Below, in pieces: positions 1 through 10,930 of a stretch of DNA of 64,000 nt. Where the stretch lies: assembly GCA_963785305.1 (NCBI GenBank), contig CAWAUV010000004.1:352001-416000 (forward strand). Direction: 5' to 3'. Position numbers and translations under genes: made by a program. A model generated the notes under the pieces. The model had not been told where the DNA came from. It saw only the letters and a program-made list of their open reading frames with translations, and ran no database searches. Every line of letters begins with the position of its first letter. The first letter of the stretch is position 1. This stretch comes from an uncultured Planctomycetaceae bacterium. Lineage in GTDB: Bacteria > Planctomycetota > Planctomycetia > Pirellulales > PALSA-1355.

Positions 1-1656
1 CGGTTTCGAGCACCGCGGCGTCGACCTGCGGGTTGAAGAGCACGGCTTGAGCACTCACCGGACCGCTGCAGTCACCGGTGTCGATACGGCGGCCATCGAT
101 GAAAATGCCGTCGGTGCAGGTCATGCCCACGCGTTTGCCCAGCGACTTGAGGATATGGGTGACGAGGCGCGTGGTGGTGGTCTTGCCGTTGACTCCCGTG
201 ACGCTCACGATTGGAATCCGGCCGTTATCATGCGGAGCGAACAAATGCCCGATGATCGCATCGCCCACCGGACGCGGCGAACCGGCCGAGGGCTCGATAT
301 GCATCCGCAGGCCCGGGCTCGCGTTGACCTCAACCACCACCGCGGCCTGCTGTTCGAGCGGGCGGCTGATATCGAGCGCGATCACATCGACACCCGCCAC
401 GTCGAGCCCCACGACGCGGGCCGCTTCCACCGCGCACCGGGCCACGTCGGGATGCACCCGATCGGTCACGTCGGTGGCCGTGCCGCCAGTGCTGAGGTTG
501 GCATTGCGGCGGATGAGCACCATTTGGCCCGCGGCCGGAACACTCTCGGGGGTGAAGCTTTGCTCGGCCAAGGTGGCCAGGGCGATCGCTTCGAGCTTGA
601 TCTTACTGAGCACCGTGGCATGATCGTCGCTACGGCGAGGATCGCGGTTCACGGAGGCGACCAACTGTCGAATCGTCGACGTGCCATCGCCCATGACTTG
701 GGCTGGCTCGCGGCGCGCGGCGGCGACGACTTCATCGCCCACGACGAGAATCCGGTAGTCATCGCCCGGCGCGAAACGCTCGACGAGAATCGAATTTCCC
801 TCTTGCAGGGCGGCATCGAAGGCGGCCATTACTTGGGCTCGAGTCGGTGAGGTTGGTCGTCACGCCGCGGCCTTGGCTGCCATACTGTGGCTTCACGACC
901 ACCGGGTGTCCGATCTCGACCGCGGCGGCCCAGGCGTCGTCGGCGTCGTTCACGGGGCGTCCCTCGGGCACCGGCACACCGACGGTTCGCAGCAAGTTGC
1001 GAGTCGAGGTTTTTATCTTGGGCGATGGTTTCGGCGATCGCGCCGGTGCGGTCGGTTTCGGCGGCGAGAATACGGCGCTGCTTGGCGCCATGGCCAAATT
1101 GCACAAGGCTCCCCTCGCTGAGCCGGCGGACTGGAATTCCGCGGCGCACGGCGGCTTCGACGATCGAACGCGTGCTCGGGCCGAGGCACACATCGTAGGC
1201 CACGAGCTTCAGTTTTTCGACTTCGGCGGCCACATCAAACGGCCGATCGTGAATCGCGGCTTGAATCAACTCATGGGCGGTTTGCATCGCGGCGCGGGCC
1301 AGCGCTTCCTCGCGATATTCCACCACCACTTTATATACGCCCTCCTCATGCGTCTCGCGGGCGCGGCCGTAGCCAACCGGCGTGCCGGCCAGGGTTTGCA
1401 GCTCGAGCGTCACGTGTTCGAGGATATGGCCCGGCCAAGTGCCGCGGCGCAACCGCTCGAAGAAGCCGCCCCGCTCGCCGACACTGCAGCGATGCTCGAT
1501 CATCGTCGGCAGCCAAGCCATCAAGCGTTCGTTAAAGCCGGGCAGCGAATCCGAAGGCGAATCCTTGAGCTCTTCAAGGTCGACCCAGGCTTCGAGAACG
1601 GGGAAGTTCGCCCAAATGTTCGGGCCCCGCAGGGCCAGGATTTTGCGGAATTTCAT
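1..1656 (-). CDS. cphA: Cyanophycin synthetase (3'-truncated by window edge; two apparent indels near 1005 and 845)
   Basis: Start MKFRKILALRGPNIW, with EHRCSVGERGGF...GTWPGHILEHV N-domain. Stitched frames give ATP-grasp motifs (VVVKPQYGSQGRGV, NANLSTGGTATDVTD, EVNASPGLRMH) and the Mur-ligase start (VTGVNGKTTTTRL, GDCSGP). Confidence 0.93.
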
Positions 1657-1863
1657 AGTTGCTCCGAGGCGCACGCGCTTTCACGTTGAGCATCCGCGGA
1701 CGAACGGATTCCGATTTGCTCCACGACACCGACCACGGCCGACTGGGGAGCGGCGATTCGTTGGCGGCCATGGTCGGGGAGCACAAGGGGTTTCGGAATT
1801 CTGGTCGAGCGCGGAGGCGCAAGCAAGTTGGGAAGGTGGTTGGGGTTCTTCTCGATGACAGGT

Positions 1864-1894
1864 TCAGACAGGGCGCAAGATACTCAGACAGGGC
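1864..1894. repeat. 11-bp direct repeat TCAGACAGGGC x2, 20-bp period, upstream of cphA
   Basis: Copies at 1864-1874 and 1884-1894, read directly; function unknown. Confidence 0.6.
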
Positions 1895-2041
1895 ACAGGC
1901 AGCCGAACCGCCGGTCCGGCGGTCGCGGAAACTCCGACTCAAGTTGGTTGCCGCTGACCGGGGGCCGCGCCACAACATTGATGACACTTTTTCTGGCTTC
2001 GCGACACTTTTCGCCTGATCCGCGATCCGCTCCCTAGGGAA

Positions 2042-2057
2042 TGCACTGTTCGTGCCG
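2042..2057 (-). promoter_or_regulatory. Putative sigma-54 (-24/-12) promoter facing cphA
   Basis: Minus strand reads CGGCACGAACAGTGCA, i.e. GG-N10-GC with GGCACG at -24. It lies inside the inverted repeat TGCACTG-N9-CAGTGCA (2042-2064). Confidence 0.5.
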
Positions 2058-2672
2058 CAGTGCAAATTCAGTGGGGAGGGGAAGCACCGGAAGGCAGGGT
2101 AGTTCAGGCAAAATCCGGGTTTAAGGATCATACCCTTCACGTTTCCAGCCGCAATACCCCAGCTATGGCGGGTGTCCACATGCTTTGTTTTGCGGGTCTA
2201 CTCCATTCGCTGGGGAATGCTATCGACGAACGCCGCCTTTGGGCTCGAGCCCCAACCATCGCGAGCCAGTTGCGGGGGGCCGCGACCCCTAATGTCGCTC
2301 GGGGGCGCCGCCGACGCCAAATGCGCCTTACCTACTTGTTCGGCGTCGGCCGAGCGCGAAAAATAGGCTTGTATCAACTGCCAAACATCTTTTCTAATAA
2401 CGCCGCTCGGCATAGACGGCGCATCGCTCGCCGGGGCGCGTTCCGCATTGCGTGACCGGATCGCTCGGGTCGGAAACCAAAAAAAAGCGAGTGTCTGGCC
2501 GGCGCGATTATATTATCCATAGTTCTATTTTCGCTAGCATCGCGAGGCGCGTCAAATTTCCGCGCTTCGCTCCCGCGATTCGGCCGTGCTGCCGATACGA
2601 TTGATGATTCGAGCGCAACGATTCTTACGATTCGGGCAACCGGATCGGCTACGCAAACCGGGGCGAATTTGA

Positions 2673-5003
2673 GTGTGCCCGCTTGCCGGCCCGCCGCCAG
2701 GAGCGACAGATTTGGACGAGTCTCGATTGAACCCTTTGACCGAAGATCACCAACACCGACTCGCCCCGTGGCTCGAGCCGGGCGAACAGACGCTCGCGGT
2801 CTTCGAGCCCGACTTGAGTCCTATCTTGCGCTTCGAGACCGGTGTCGTGGTCCTGACCAACCGCCGCGTCGTTTCGTTTTCGGCTTCCACGGGGGCGCCA
2901 ACGTCGACGCCGACCGGCAATTTCGTGGAGCGAGCGGCGCCGCGAATATGGCCGCTTGAAATCATTCAATCGCTTCGCGCCAAGCATGAGGGCGGAGTGG
3001 GCGCCCTGGAAATGACCGGCGCCGACGGACAATTGGCGGTGTGGCGGTTCACCGCGGGCCGTTTTCCCCAAGCGGGTCTCTTGGCGCAACGGTTTCTCGA
3101 ACTCGAAGCCGGCGACGACCGACCGGCCGACACGCTTGATACCGAGCGCACTCGCGCCACCTGCGGCGCGGCGCTTGCCGACAATGCCGATTGCTTGGCT
3201 TGCGCCACGGGCGCCGAGCCGGCGGTGTCGTCGCTCTATCGCCTGACGACATTCATTCGCCCGCGGCTCGGGCCGGTGCTGATCGGGTTTTTCCTCACCG
3301 TGGCAAGCACGGCGGCCGGGCTGGTTCCGCCCTATTTGACCAAGCCGCTGTTGGACAATGTGCTGATCCCGCACCAAATGGGCGAGAAGAGCATCGATTT
3401 TGGCGTCGTGAGCTTCTATCTCTTCGGCCTCGCCGGCGCAGCCATCTTGGCGTGGTTGCTCGGCTGGGGACGCACCTACACGCTGGCCTGGGTCAGCGAG
3501 CGGGTCGCGAGCGATATGCGGGTCACGACCTACGCCCATCTGCAAAAACTGTCGCTCGAGTATTTCGGCGGCAAGCGCACCGGCGACCTCATGGCCCGCA
3601 TCGGCGCCGACACCGATCGGATTTGCTTCTTCCTGTCGGTCAACCTGCTCGATTTCGGCTCCGATGTGCTGATGATCGTAATGACGTCGATCATTCTGTT
3701 TTGCATCGATCCCTGGTTGGCCCTGGTGACGCTGTTGCCGTTTCCGATCATCGGCTTCATGGTCCATCAGGTGCGCAGCAAGCTTAGCCGCGGCTTTACC
3801 CAGGGCGGTCGCGCATGGTCGGACATGACCAGCGTGCTGGCCGATACGATTCCCGGAGTGCGCGTGGTGAAGGCCTTTGCCCAGGAGCGGCGCGAGGTCG
3901 ACCGCTTTCGCCGCGCCAACGACCGGGTGCTCTCCGCCAACGATCGCGTCAACCGCACCTGGTCGTTCTTCGGGCCCGTGATCACGCTACTCACCGAAGG
4001 CGGTCTCTTGATTATCTGGGCCTTTGGCGTGTATCGCGTGGCCGAGGATTTGATCACGGTGGGCGTGCTCACGGCGTTTCTCGCATATATCAGCCGTTTC
4101 TACGCCCGACTCGATTCGATGAGCCGCATGGTCGCCGCCGCCCAACGCGCCGCCTCCAGCGCCCAGCGAATCTTCGAGATTCTTGACCGGGCGCCCAGTG
4201 TGCCCGAGCCGCGGAATCCGGCGCCGTGTGGCCGGCTCACCGGTCGGATCGAAATCCGAGGCGTGGGCTTTAAATATGGCGCCCGCACGGTGCTCGAAGA
4301 TGTGAATCTCACCGCGGCCAAGGGCGAAATGATCGGCCTCGTGGGTCCGAGCGGATCGGGTAAGAGCACGCTGGCGAATCTGGTGTGCAGATTCTACGAC
4401 GTGACCCAGGGTCAGATTCTGGTCGATGGCGTGGATATTCGCGCGTTCGGCATTTCCGACTATCGTCGCAATATCGGGGTCGTGTTGCAGGAGCCATTCT
4501 TGTTTTTCGGTTCCGTGGCGGAGAACATCGCCTATGGCCGACCCAACGCCACGCGCGAAGAAGTCATCGCCGCTGCCCGCGCGGCCCGGGCCCATGAATT
4601 CATCCTCCGCTTGCCCGATGGCTACGATTCGGCCGTGGGCGAGCGCGGGCAATCGCTCTCGGGCGGCGAGCGGCAGCGCATCTCCATCGCTCGGGCCCTG
4701 CTGATCGACCCGGCGATTCTGATTCTTGATGAGGCCACTTCGGCAGTCGACACGGAGACCGAGCGCGAGATTCAAGAAGCGCTCGATAACCTGACCCGCG
4801 GCCGCACGACGATCGCCATTGCCCATCGACTGAGCACCCTCCGCAAGGCCGATCGCCTGGTGGTGCTCGAGCGCGGACGCATCGTGGAGGTTGGGCAGCA
4901 TCAGGAGCTTCTCGAACGCACGGGCGCCTATGCCCGCCTGCACCGCGCCCAAATGGAATTGGCCGGAGTGCTCGACGAGGGCTCGATCAAATCGCCGGTA
5001 TAG
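2673..5003 (+). CDS. ABC transporter (fused permease + ATPase) of the type associated with cyanophycin loci, with ~190-aa N-terminal extension; start uncertain
   Basis: TM domain; Walker A GPSGSGKST; signature LSGGERQR; Walker B ILILDEATS; H-loop IAHRLST. Lies next to cphA and a DUF1854-like gene. Confidence 0.9.
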   Translation: MCPLAGPPPGATDLDESRLNPLTEDHQHRLAPWLEPGEQTLAVFEPDLSPILRFETGVVVLTNRRVVSFSASTGAPTSTPTGNFVERAAPRIWPLEIIQSLRAKHEGGVGALEMTGADGQLAVWRFTAGRFPQAGLLAQRFLELEAGDDRPADTLDTERTRATCGAALADNADCLACATGAEPAVSSLYRLTTFIRPRLGPVLIGFFLTVASTAAGLVPPYLTKPLLDNVLIPHQMGEKSIDFGVVSFYLFGLAGAAILAWLLGWGRTYTLAWVSERVASDMRVTTYAHLQKLSLEYFGGKRTGDLMARIGADTDRICFFLSVNLLDFGSDVLMIVMTSIILFCIDPWLALVTLLPFPIIGFMVHQVRSKLSRGFTQGGRAWSDMTSVLADTIPGVRVVKAFAQERREVDRFRRANDRVLSANDRVNRTWSFFGPVITLLTEGGLLIIWAFGVYRVAEDLITVGVLTAFLAYISRFYARLDSMSRMVAAAQRAASSAQRIFEILDRAPSVPEPRNPAPCGRLTGRIEIRGVGFKYGARTVLEDVNLTAAKGEMIGLVGPSGSGKSTLANLVCRFYDVTQGQILVDGVDIRAFGISDYRRNIGVVLQEPFLFFGSVAENIAYGRPNATREEVIAAARAARAHEFILRLPDGYDSAVGERGQSLSGGERQRISIARALLIDPAILILDEATSAVDTETEREIQEALDNLTRGRTTIAIAHRLSTLRKADRLVVLERGRIVEVGQHQELLERTGAYARLHRAQMELAGVLDEGSIKSPV

Positions 5004-5062
5004 AAACGGAAAACGCGGGGGCCTGTTGCTTCGCGATCATTCCTTGCTTGAGAAAATGCACT

Positions 5063-5614
5063 ATGGAACGCTCCTCGGCCGACAAGCCCGCATCGAACAA
5101 GGCCGAAATTTCCTCGGCGAGCGGACCGCCAGGCGCAAGCGTGGCCGGCGCGGGCTCTTTTGGGCTCTCGCACGACGCCTGGGGGCGACTGGTAATGATC
5201 GACAGCGCGGGCAAGCGCCATGTCGGCGTCGAACCGGCAAGGGCCTTTCCGATCTCCGATCCCGAACACTGGATTTCGATCTGTGACACCGACGGCCGGG
5301 AACTCGCCTGTGTCGAAGACCTGGCCGCGCTGCCGCCGGCGGTGCGACAAGTGCTCGAAGATGACTTGGCGCACCGTGAATTCGTGCCGGTCATCCAGAA
5401 GATTTACCGCGTATCGACCGATGGCGAGCCTGCCGAATGGGATGTGGACACCGATCGCGGCCGCACGCGATTCTCGCTCAATAGCGAAGAAGACATTCGC
5501 CGCCTAGGGCCCCATCGCGCCCTGGTGATCGACGCGCACGGCATCCGCTATTTGATCAACGACCTGCGAGAATTCGACCCCACCAGTCGCCGGCTGCTGG
5601 AACGCTATCTTTAG
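5063..5614 (+). CDS. DUF1854-like protein (cyanophycin-locus associated)
   Basis: Motifs PARAFPISDPEHWISI, LAHREFVPVI, WDVDTDRGRTRF, IDAHGIRYLI and C-terminal RRLLERYL; directly downstream of the ABC gene. Confidence 0.8.
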   Translation: MERSSADKPASNKAEISSASGPPGASVAGAGSFGLSHDAWGRLVMIDSAGKRHVGVEPARAFPISDPEHWISICDTDGRELACVEDLAALPPAVRQVLEDDLAHREFVPVIQKIYRVSTDGEPAEWDVDTDRGRTRFSLNSEEDIRRLGPHRALVIDAHGIRYLINDLREFDPTSRRLLERYL

Positions 5615-5685
5615 CAGCCGCCGCACGCGCTCGCTATGCCGTTACGGTCGAGAGGTTTGTCGAGAATGTATTCCTCGTCGGTTTC

Positions 5686-6891
5686 TCAGGTGTAGGGCAC
5701 GGCGCCGCGCAAGATCTCGAAGATCATGGCCATCTTGTGGACCAGTCGGTTGCCGGCGATTCCGAACCCGCCCAGCACTAGGATATAGGCGAACAACACC
5801 GCAAACCAGCGACTGTCCACGAAAGACACGGGCGATTCGACTTCGTCGCGCGCGGCCGGATTTCGTGCTCGACGGAGTTCGTCGCAAATCACGTAGAGCG
5901 ACACGTTGGCGCAGGCCGCGGAGACCCAACGCAGCACGTCGTGTCCAACAATCGAAAGCAGGATCGAGCTGCACAAGATTGTCGACGTGAGACCAGCGCC
6001 GAGCCCTTGCGCTGCGCGTGCTCGCGCCGTCATCCGCAAAAAAAGACCAATCGCGACGAAATAGGGGAGCGAGGTCAGCATCGACACCAAGACACCGGTC
6101 ACGTGTCGCGCGTTGTAGTTTTGAAGTACGAAGTTCAGTTGATCGACCGTGGAGTTTTCCAAGGCGCGAATCGCATCTGGCATCAACTCCATGTCGGTTC
6201 GGCTTTGCATGTAGTCGAAGAACTCGCTGGCGGGCACCGGAAGCTTGCCCAGCCACGCAATCAGCACAAACGCGACGCCCACCGCGGTCAAGTGCAACGC
6301 CACCGATAGCGGCCGCAGCCGTCCCTCCCTGAGGCCCTCGATCACCAGCACGAAGATCAAGGGGTAGTACATCAATAAAAACGCCTCGTGAATCAGTATC
6401 CCCACGATGCCAAGCAACGTCGAAGCGAGGATCGCCGACCAGCCGCGCCACCATGTCAGGGCGCCTGCGGCAAGCGTGATCAAAATAAATTGGGGGTTGT
6501 CAAGGAATCCGGCTTCGTATGCGGAATGTGGGAGCAGGCCCGGCCCGCTAAGCAAAAAGGCGAAGAGGGCCGCCCGGCGGCGGTCGCGGGCCCATGCCGG
6601 CAGAAAGACGAAAAAGGGCGTCGCAATACAGAGGGCTGTCGCGATCGTTGAGATCACGCACAGCCGATGAAGGCTCAAGAAGGATATTCCCGAGAGTAGC
6701 TGGCCCATCAAGCCGCGGCGGACGAAGCCGAAATGATAATTGATGAGATAGTGTCCCATCCCATAGAGATTTTGACCGCCCAAATAAAAATTCGCGATGC
6801 TTTGCATGATGGGAATGCTAAGCAAACAGAACACGAGGCGCCGATCATGACCCAGGGGCCGCGATTCGTTTGGCTGTGACAGGTCGTCCAT
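5686..6891 (-). CDS. Multi-pass membrane protein, possibly GT-C-fold glycosyltransferase-like
   Basis: 401-aa ORF with about 10 hydrophobic segments; NYHFGFVRRGLMG loop and LIHEAFL motif. Confidence 0.6.
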   Translation of the reverse strand: MDDLSQPNESRPLGHDRRLVFCLLSIPIMQSIANFYLGGQNLYGMGHYLINYHFGFVRRGLMGQLLSGISFLSLHRLCVISTIATALCIATPFFVFLPAWARDRRRAALFAFLLSGPGLLPHSAYEAGFLDNPQFILITLAAGALTWWRGWSAILASTLLGIVGILIHEAFLLMYYPLIFVLVIEGLREGRLRPLSVALHLTAVGVAFVLIAWLGKLPVPASEFFDYMQSRTDMELMPDAIRALENSTVDQLNFVLQNYNARHVTGVLVSMLTSLPYFVAIGLFLRMTARARAAQGLGAGLTSTILCSSILLSIVGHDVLRWVSAACANVSLYVICDELRRARNPAARDEVESPVSFVDSRWFAVLFAYILVLGGFGIAGNRLVHKMAMIFEILRGAVPYT

Positions 6892-7313
6892 TTGGCTCTT
6901 CCTCTGCTCCAGTAAGAAGCCCTCATGTTGCCCATTCCCATACGTGAAAAGAGGCTTTCGGCGTCTTTTAGTCGCTGAAGTTTACCGGGTCGCCGAACGG
7001 TTTGTCGAGCACGGCCCGACCGGATTGGCCGGTGAACGCGAAGACAACAGCCGGGCCAAGGTCGACGAATCGTTCAAATGGCCGCTCCATGCCGCTGTTG
7101 CGACTTCACCGTGAGTACGGTTTTCAACGAACGACGTGGATACAAGGATTTCTAGGGCCGGCCACGACCGCGCGCGGTTATCGCCATAAGCATGGCCACC
7201 GTTCCTTGAAAATCTTCAAACGACAAAGCGCGGCCAAATGAGCACAATTCGACGAGCAATACCGTCGCGATGAAGCGCTCGCCGTGAATTGAAACACGCG
7301 AGCGCCGGGGCGT

Positions 7314-7853
7314 TTAGCGGCTGTAGAGGCCGGTCAAGCGGGCTTCGCCCAGAATGTGGCCTTGCATTGCCTTGCGCAACGCGACGTCTGTGCTGGCGGG
7401 CGGCAGGTTGAGTGGAGCGTCGAGCGCGTAAAGCTGGAAACGGTAGTGATGCGAACCGCTCTTCGGCGGCGGCGCCGGGCCGCGATAGCCGATTGAATCG
7501 GCCCCCCAGGAATTCGCCCCTTGCAAGGCGCCAGCCGGCTCTTGCAGTGTCGCCTGGGTGGGCAGACCGGCCGGCAGCGAGCTTGTGGTCGCCGGAATTT
7601 TATAGAGCACCCAGTGGACCCATGGCGCCGAGCCCGGCGCGTCGGGATCGTCGCACACGAGCGCCAGTTCCCTGGTTCCCGCGGGCAGCTTATTCCAGGC
7701 GAGCGGCGGCGATCGATCGGCCCCGTCGCCGGTGTACTCGGCGGGAATCGGCTTTCCGTCGCCAAAAGCTTTGCTCGTGAGCTCGCTTCGCGATGTCGCG
7801 CCGCAGCCGAGTTGGGCAAGCAGAATCATCGCAATCGCATTTCGCGCGAACAT
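7314..7853 (-). CDS. YbhB/YbcL (PEBP/Raf kinase inhibitor-like) family protein, probably exported
   Basis: SPPLAW, LVCDDPDAP, WVHWVLY, GYRGPAPP, HHYRFQLYALD; N-terminal hydrophobic stretch ending LGC. Confidence 0.9.
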   Translation of the reverse strand: MFARNAIAMILLAQLGCGATSRSELTSKAFGDGKPIPAEYTGDGADRSPPLAWNKLPAGTRELALVCDDPDAPGSAPWVHWVLYKIPATTSSLPAGLPTQATLQEPAGALQGANSWGADSIGYRGPAPPPKSGSHHYRFQLYALDAPLNLPPASTDVALRKAMQGHILGEARLTGLYSR

Positions 7854-8025
7854 CGTAATCTTCTCCCGGGTGTTTTTTCGCGACCATGATCGACGCAGTC
7901 GAACGTGAGACGTGGGCTGCAATGCGTTAACCAGACTTGCGCGAGCGCGGCTCACACGGTAGCATGCCCTATGGAGCGACTCGCTTTATATTGCACTCTC
8001 GGCGCCGAAGGATGTGCCCTCACTC

Positions 8026-8313
8026 ATGGCTTCACGACGAAACGCATGGTCGCGAGACCATGAGGATGACGATGATGACTTCGACCGCGATGACTTCGAC
8101 GCGGAAGACTCGAGCGACGACCTCGACGCCGACGACGAGTCCACGATCGCGTGTCCCTATTGCCGCCGGCAGATTCACGAGGAATCCGAGCGCTGCCCGT
8201 ATTGCGAACAATATATCAGCGCCGAAGATCGCGTGGAGAATCCGCGGCCGTGGTGGATTGTGTTGGGCGCCGTGCTCGCGCTTTTCGGCGCGATCGGCTG
8301 GTTCATTTTTTGA
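8026..8313 (+). CDS. Small acidic zinc-ribbon membrane protein
   Basis: Asp-rich N-terminus, CPYC-x10-CPYC, C-terminal TM helix. Confidence 0.75.
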   Translation: MASRRNAWSRDHEDDDDDFDRDDFDAEDSSDDLDADDESTIACPYCRRQIHEESERCPYCEQYISAEDRVENPRPWWIVLGAVLALFGAIGWFIF

Positions 8314-8526
8314 ACGATGGTCCTCGAAGCCGCGACACCGATAAAACGTCGCCGGATTGACGCACGACCCATGGATATTCTCACGCTTGCGCGGAGAATA
8401 CCATTTTGATCGAACTAAAACCAGTAGCCGCCAACGACTGCTCCGCGCCTCCGCGTCTCCGCGTGCCGCTCAAACGAACAAAGACAACGCACTAGAAAGC
8501 CCGTCCAAATGCCGAGCAAACCAGCC

Positions 8527-8754
8527 ATGGATTCCGATTACGCGCAACTCGAGGCCCGCGTCACGGAGCTTGAAAGCTTGCTAACCCACATGCAGCGGGT
8601 CGTGCAAGATCTGAACGATGTGGCGCTCGAGCAATCGCGAACCATCGACGGGCTGGCCCTGGCCCTCGCGCACGTTAAAACGCTCTATGCCTCGAATTCC
8701 GAAGCGAGCCCGGCCCCCTACGACCCAGCGCTCGACCGCCCACCGCACTATTGA
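8527..8754 (+). CDS. slyX: SlyX family protein
   Basis: Coiled coil (LEARVTELE...QDLNDV) ending in the diagnostic PPHY. Confidence 0.85.
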   Translation: MDSDYAQLEARVTELESLLTHMQRVVQDLNDVALEQSRTIDGLALALAHVKTLYASNSEASPAPYDPALDRPPHY

Positions 8755-8919
8755 CCGCGATCTCGGTGAAACTTGACGGCTGCAATGCCTTCCGGCCCCG
8801 CAGGCGCTAGCATCGCTATCGTGGCAAAGCGAGGTTGACGACAGCGGCGATTCGCCCGTATATCTTTCCGCGATCGAACCCTGTCCCGCCGCCATCCCTC
8901 CAGACGATTCGAGCTCGCG

Positions 8920-10930
8920 ATGTCCGACGCGGCCGTTCCGCCTTCCGGACGTGTCCCACCGGTGATATCTTCGCGCGCGGACCGCTGTGCGCGGTGGTTG
9001 CTCGAGCGCGAAGGTTTCGCCCTCGCGATGCTCTTTGCCGCGTGTTTTCTCGGGCCGCTCGTGCGCTCGCCGCTCATCCTCGGCGATCTAAAAAGCTCGC
9101 TCATTCCCGGCCTTGAGCAAGTGACCGGCCGCACGGTGAGCGAGCTTTCGCGCCAAGCCTTGGCCGATGATCTCGCGGCGGGCCGATTCGCTCCGCTTGC
9201 CGCAGTGGGCGATCCGTGGATCGGCCGTTACTTGGGTGGAGCGCTGGTGCAAAAGTGGAGCATGCTGGCGCTCGTGCTTTCAAACATCGCGCTGTTTCAT
9301 GCGCTGCTGCGCCGCTGGACCGTGCCGCACGGCTTGGCCGCGATCGGCGTGGTCGGGCTGGCGATGCTGTTCGCGATGCGCGTGGCCGACGATCCGCTGC
9401 TGACCGGCCACGGCTGGATGCAAGCGGCGATGGGGCTCGTGCTCGCGGCGCTCTGGGCTTTTGAGCGGGCTCGGGGCCCAGCGAGCCGAACCTGGCTCTC
9501 GGCCAGCGTGGCAATGTACACACTTGCGATGCTCGTCGATGACTCGAGCCGCGTTTGTGGGCTCGTGTTCGTGGCCGTGGCGCTCGCTCGCGAGTCGAAT
9601 TGGCGCACGGCGTTTCGCGAGACTCGCTTTCACCTGTTCTCGGCAGCGACACTGTTCGCGATCGCCACGGCGCTGCGGCTCGGCTTCGCGATTCCCGGTG
9701 GCGTGGGATATCAGAATGCACTGGTCGCTGCCCAAGATGGCACGCACCGCCTCGCTCGAGGCGATCGCCGCCCTCCCGCTGAGCTATCCGGCGCTCTGTG
9801 AATCGCAGCGACAGTCGCTCGCCAAGTCACTAGGCGATTCGCTTGGCGATCTGGTCAACTGGCGTTCCGGAGCGGTGTTGCTGTTTGCCTTCGGACTTTT
9901 GCTCGCGCTCACGCGCCGCGCGGCGGAAGCGGGGCTGGTTGCTCGTTTGACGAAGCATGAGAAGCAACGCGATTCCTCGTCGCAAGCCAGCGGCCGATTT
10001 TCGCGCGTGGCGGTCTTTGCCGGCGTGGCCCTGTGGTTGGGGCCAGCGATGGGCCTGGCGCCTTGGCCTTGCTATCAAGACCTAGCTCGGCCGGGCTTGG
10101 CCGCGAGAACGGTTTATATCGAAGAATTCGGCATGGCGCTGCTGGGACTCGCGGCGCTCGACGCCGGGCTCGCGTTTCTGGGCTCGCGCTGGCGTTTGGC
10201 TTCGCTCGGGCTCGCGGTGGGCGGTGGAGTCGTGGCCGCGATCGCGTTTGCCAGCAACGAGGCGAGCATTCGCCAGTGGCGGGCCAACGTCGATTACAAC
10301 ATGCGCGCCACGCTCGAAGCCGCCTTCGAAGCCGGCCTGGGCGAACATATGCCCCGCGACGCGACGATGCTGATGACCACTTGGCGAAGTTGGCTCGACT
10401 TGCGTCGGCCCGAGATCGCAAGCGCTTTCTTCAGCCAATGCGTCGGCCGGCGTGTCGATGTGCTCAATGCCACTCCCGGCACGCTGGCCCGAGACTTCTC
10501 CTCGAAACTGGCGTGCCGCCGAGGTCCGATTTTCGCGCTGTGCGAGCAGTGTACCAACGAAAGCTCGGGCTGGGTGATTCTCTCCGAAGTCGATGATCGT
10601 GGCGCGAGCTTCGGCGCTGGTGGCCCTTTCGATCACACACCGATACGCGTTCGCCGATTTCGCGCGTTTGTGCGCGAGCGAGGCCTTTCACCTGTTTTTT
10701 ATGTGCTGCCGAACCTCGTGTTCGGCCATGTGCCTAGCCGCGCTTTCGGCCAATGCGATCAACGCCGGGAGATGCTCGACACGAGCATGCTCCGGATCAT
10801 GCGGCGAGGCTCGGGCTGGGCGCTTTACGAAGGCGAATTCCCAGAGCCGGCCGACGCCGGCGCGCTCGGCATGGCCGGACATCCGGTGCTCACCGCGATC
10901 CACGCCTCGCCCGAGAGGAGCCGGCGATGA
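8920..10930 (+). CDS. Multi-pass membrane protein, GT-C-like (one apparent indel near 9720)
   Basis: ORFs 8920..9801 and 9461..10930 join into a many-TM protein with an ADD...GRFAP loop and a soluble C-terminal tail. Confidence 0.55.

Noticed and set aside
47..1689. Long plus-strand ORFs 47..850 and 847..1689, and similar antisense ORFs throughout
   Set aside because: Antisense shadows of real genes, expected in high-GC DNA.
1659..2670. Protein-coding ORFs in the cphA-ABC intergenic region
   Set aside because: Overlapping ORFs on both strands, with no recognisable domain or convincing start.
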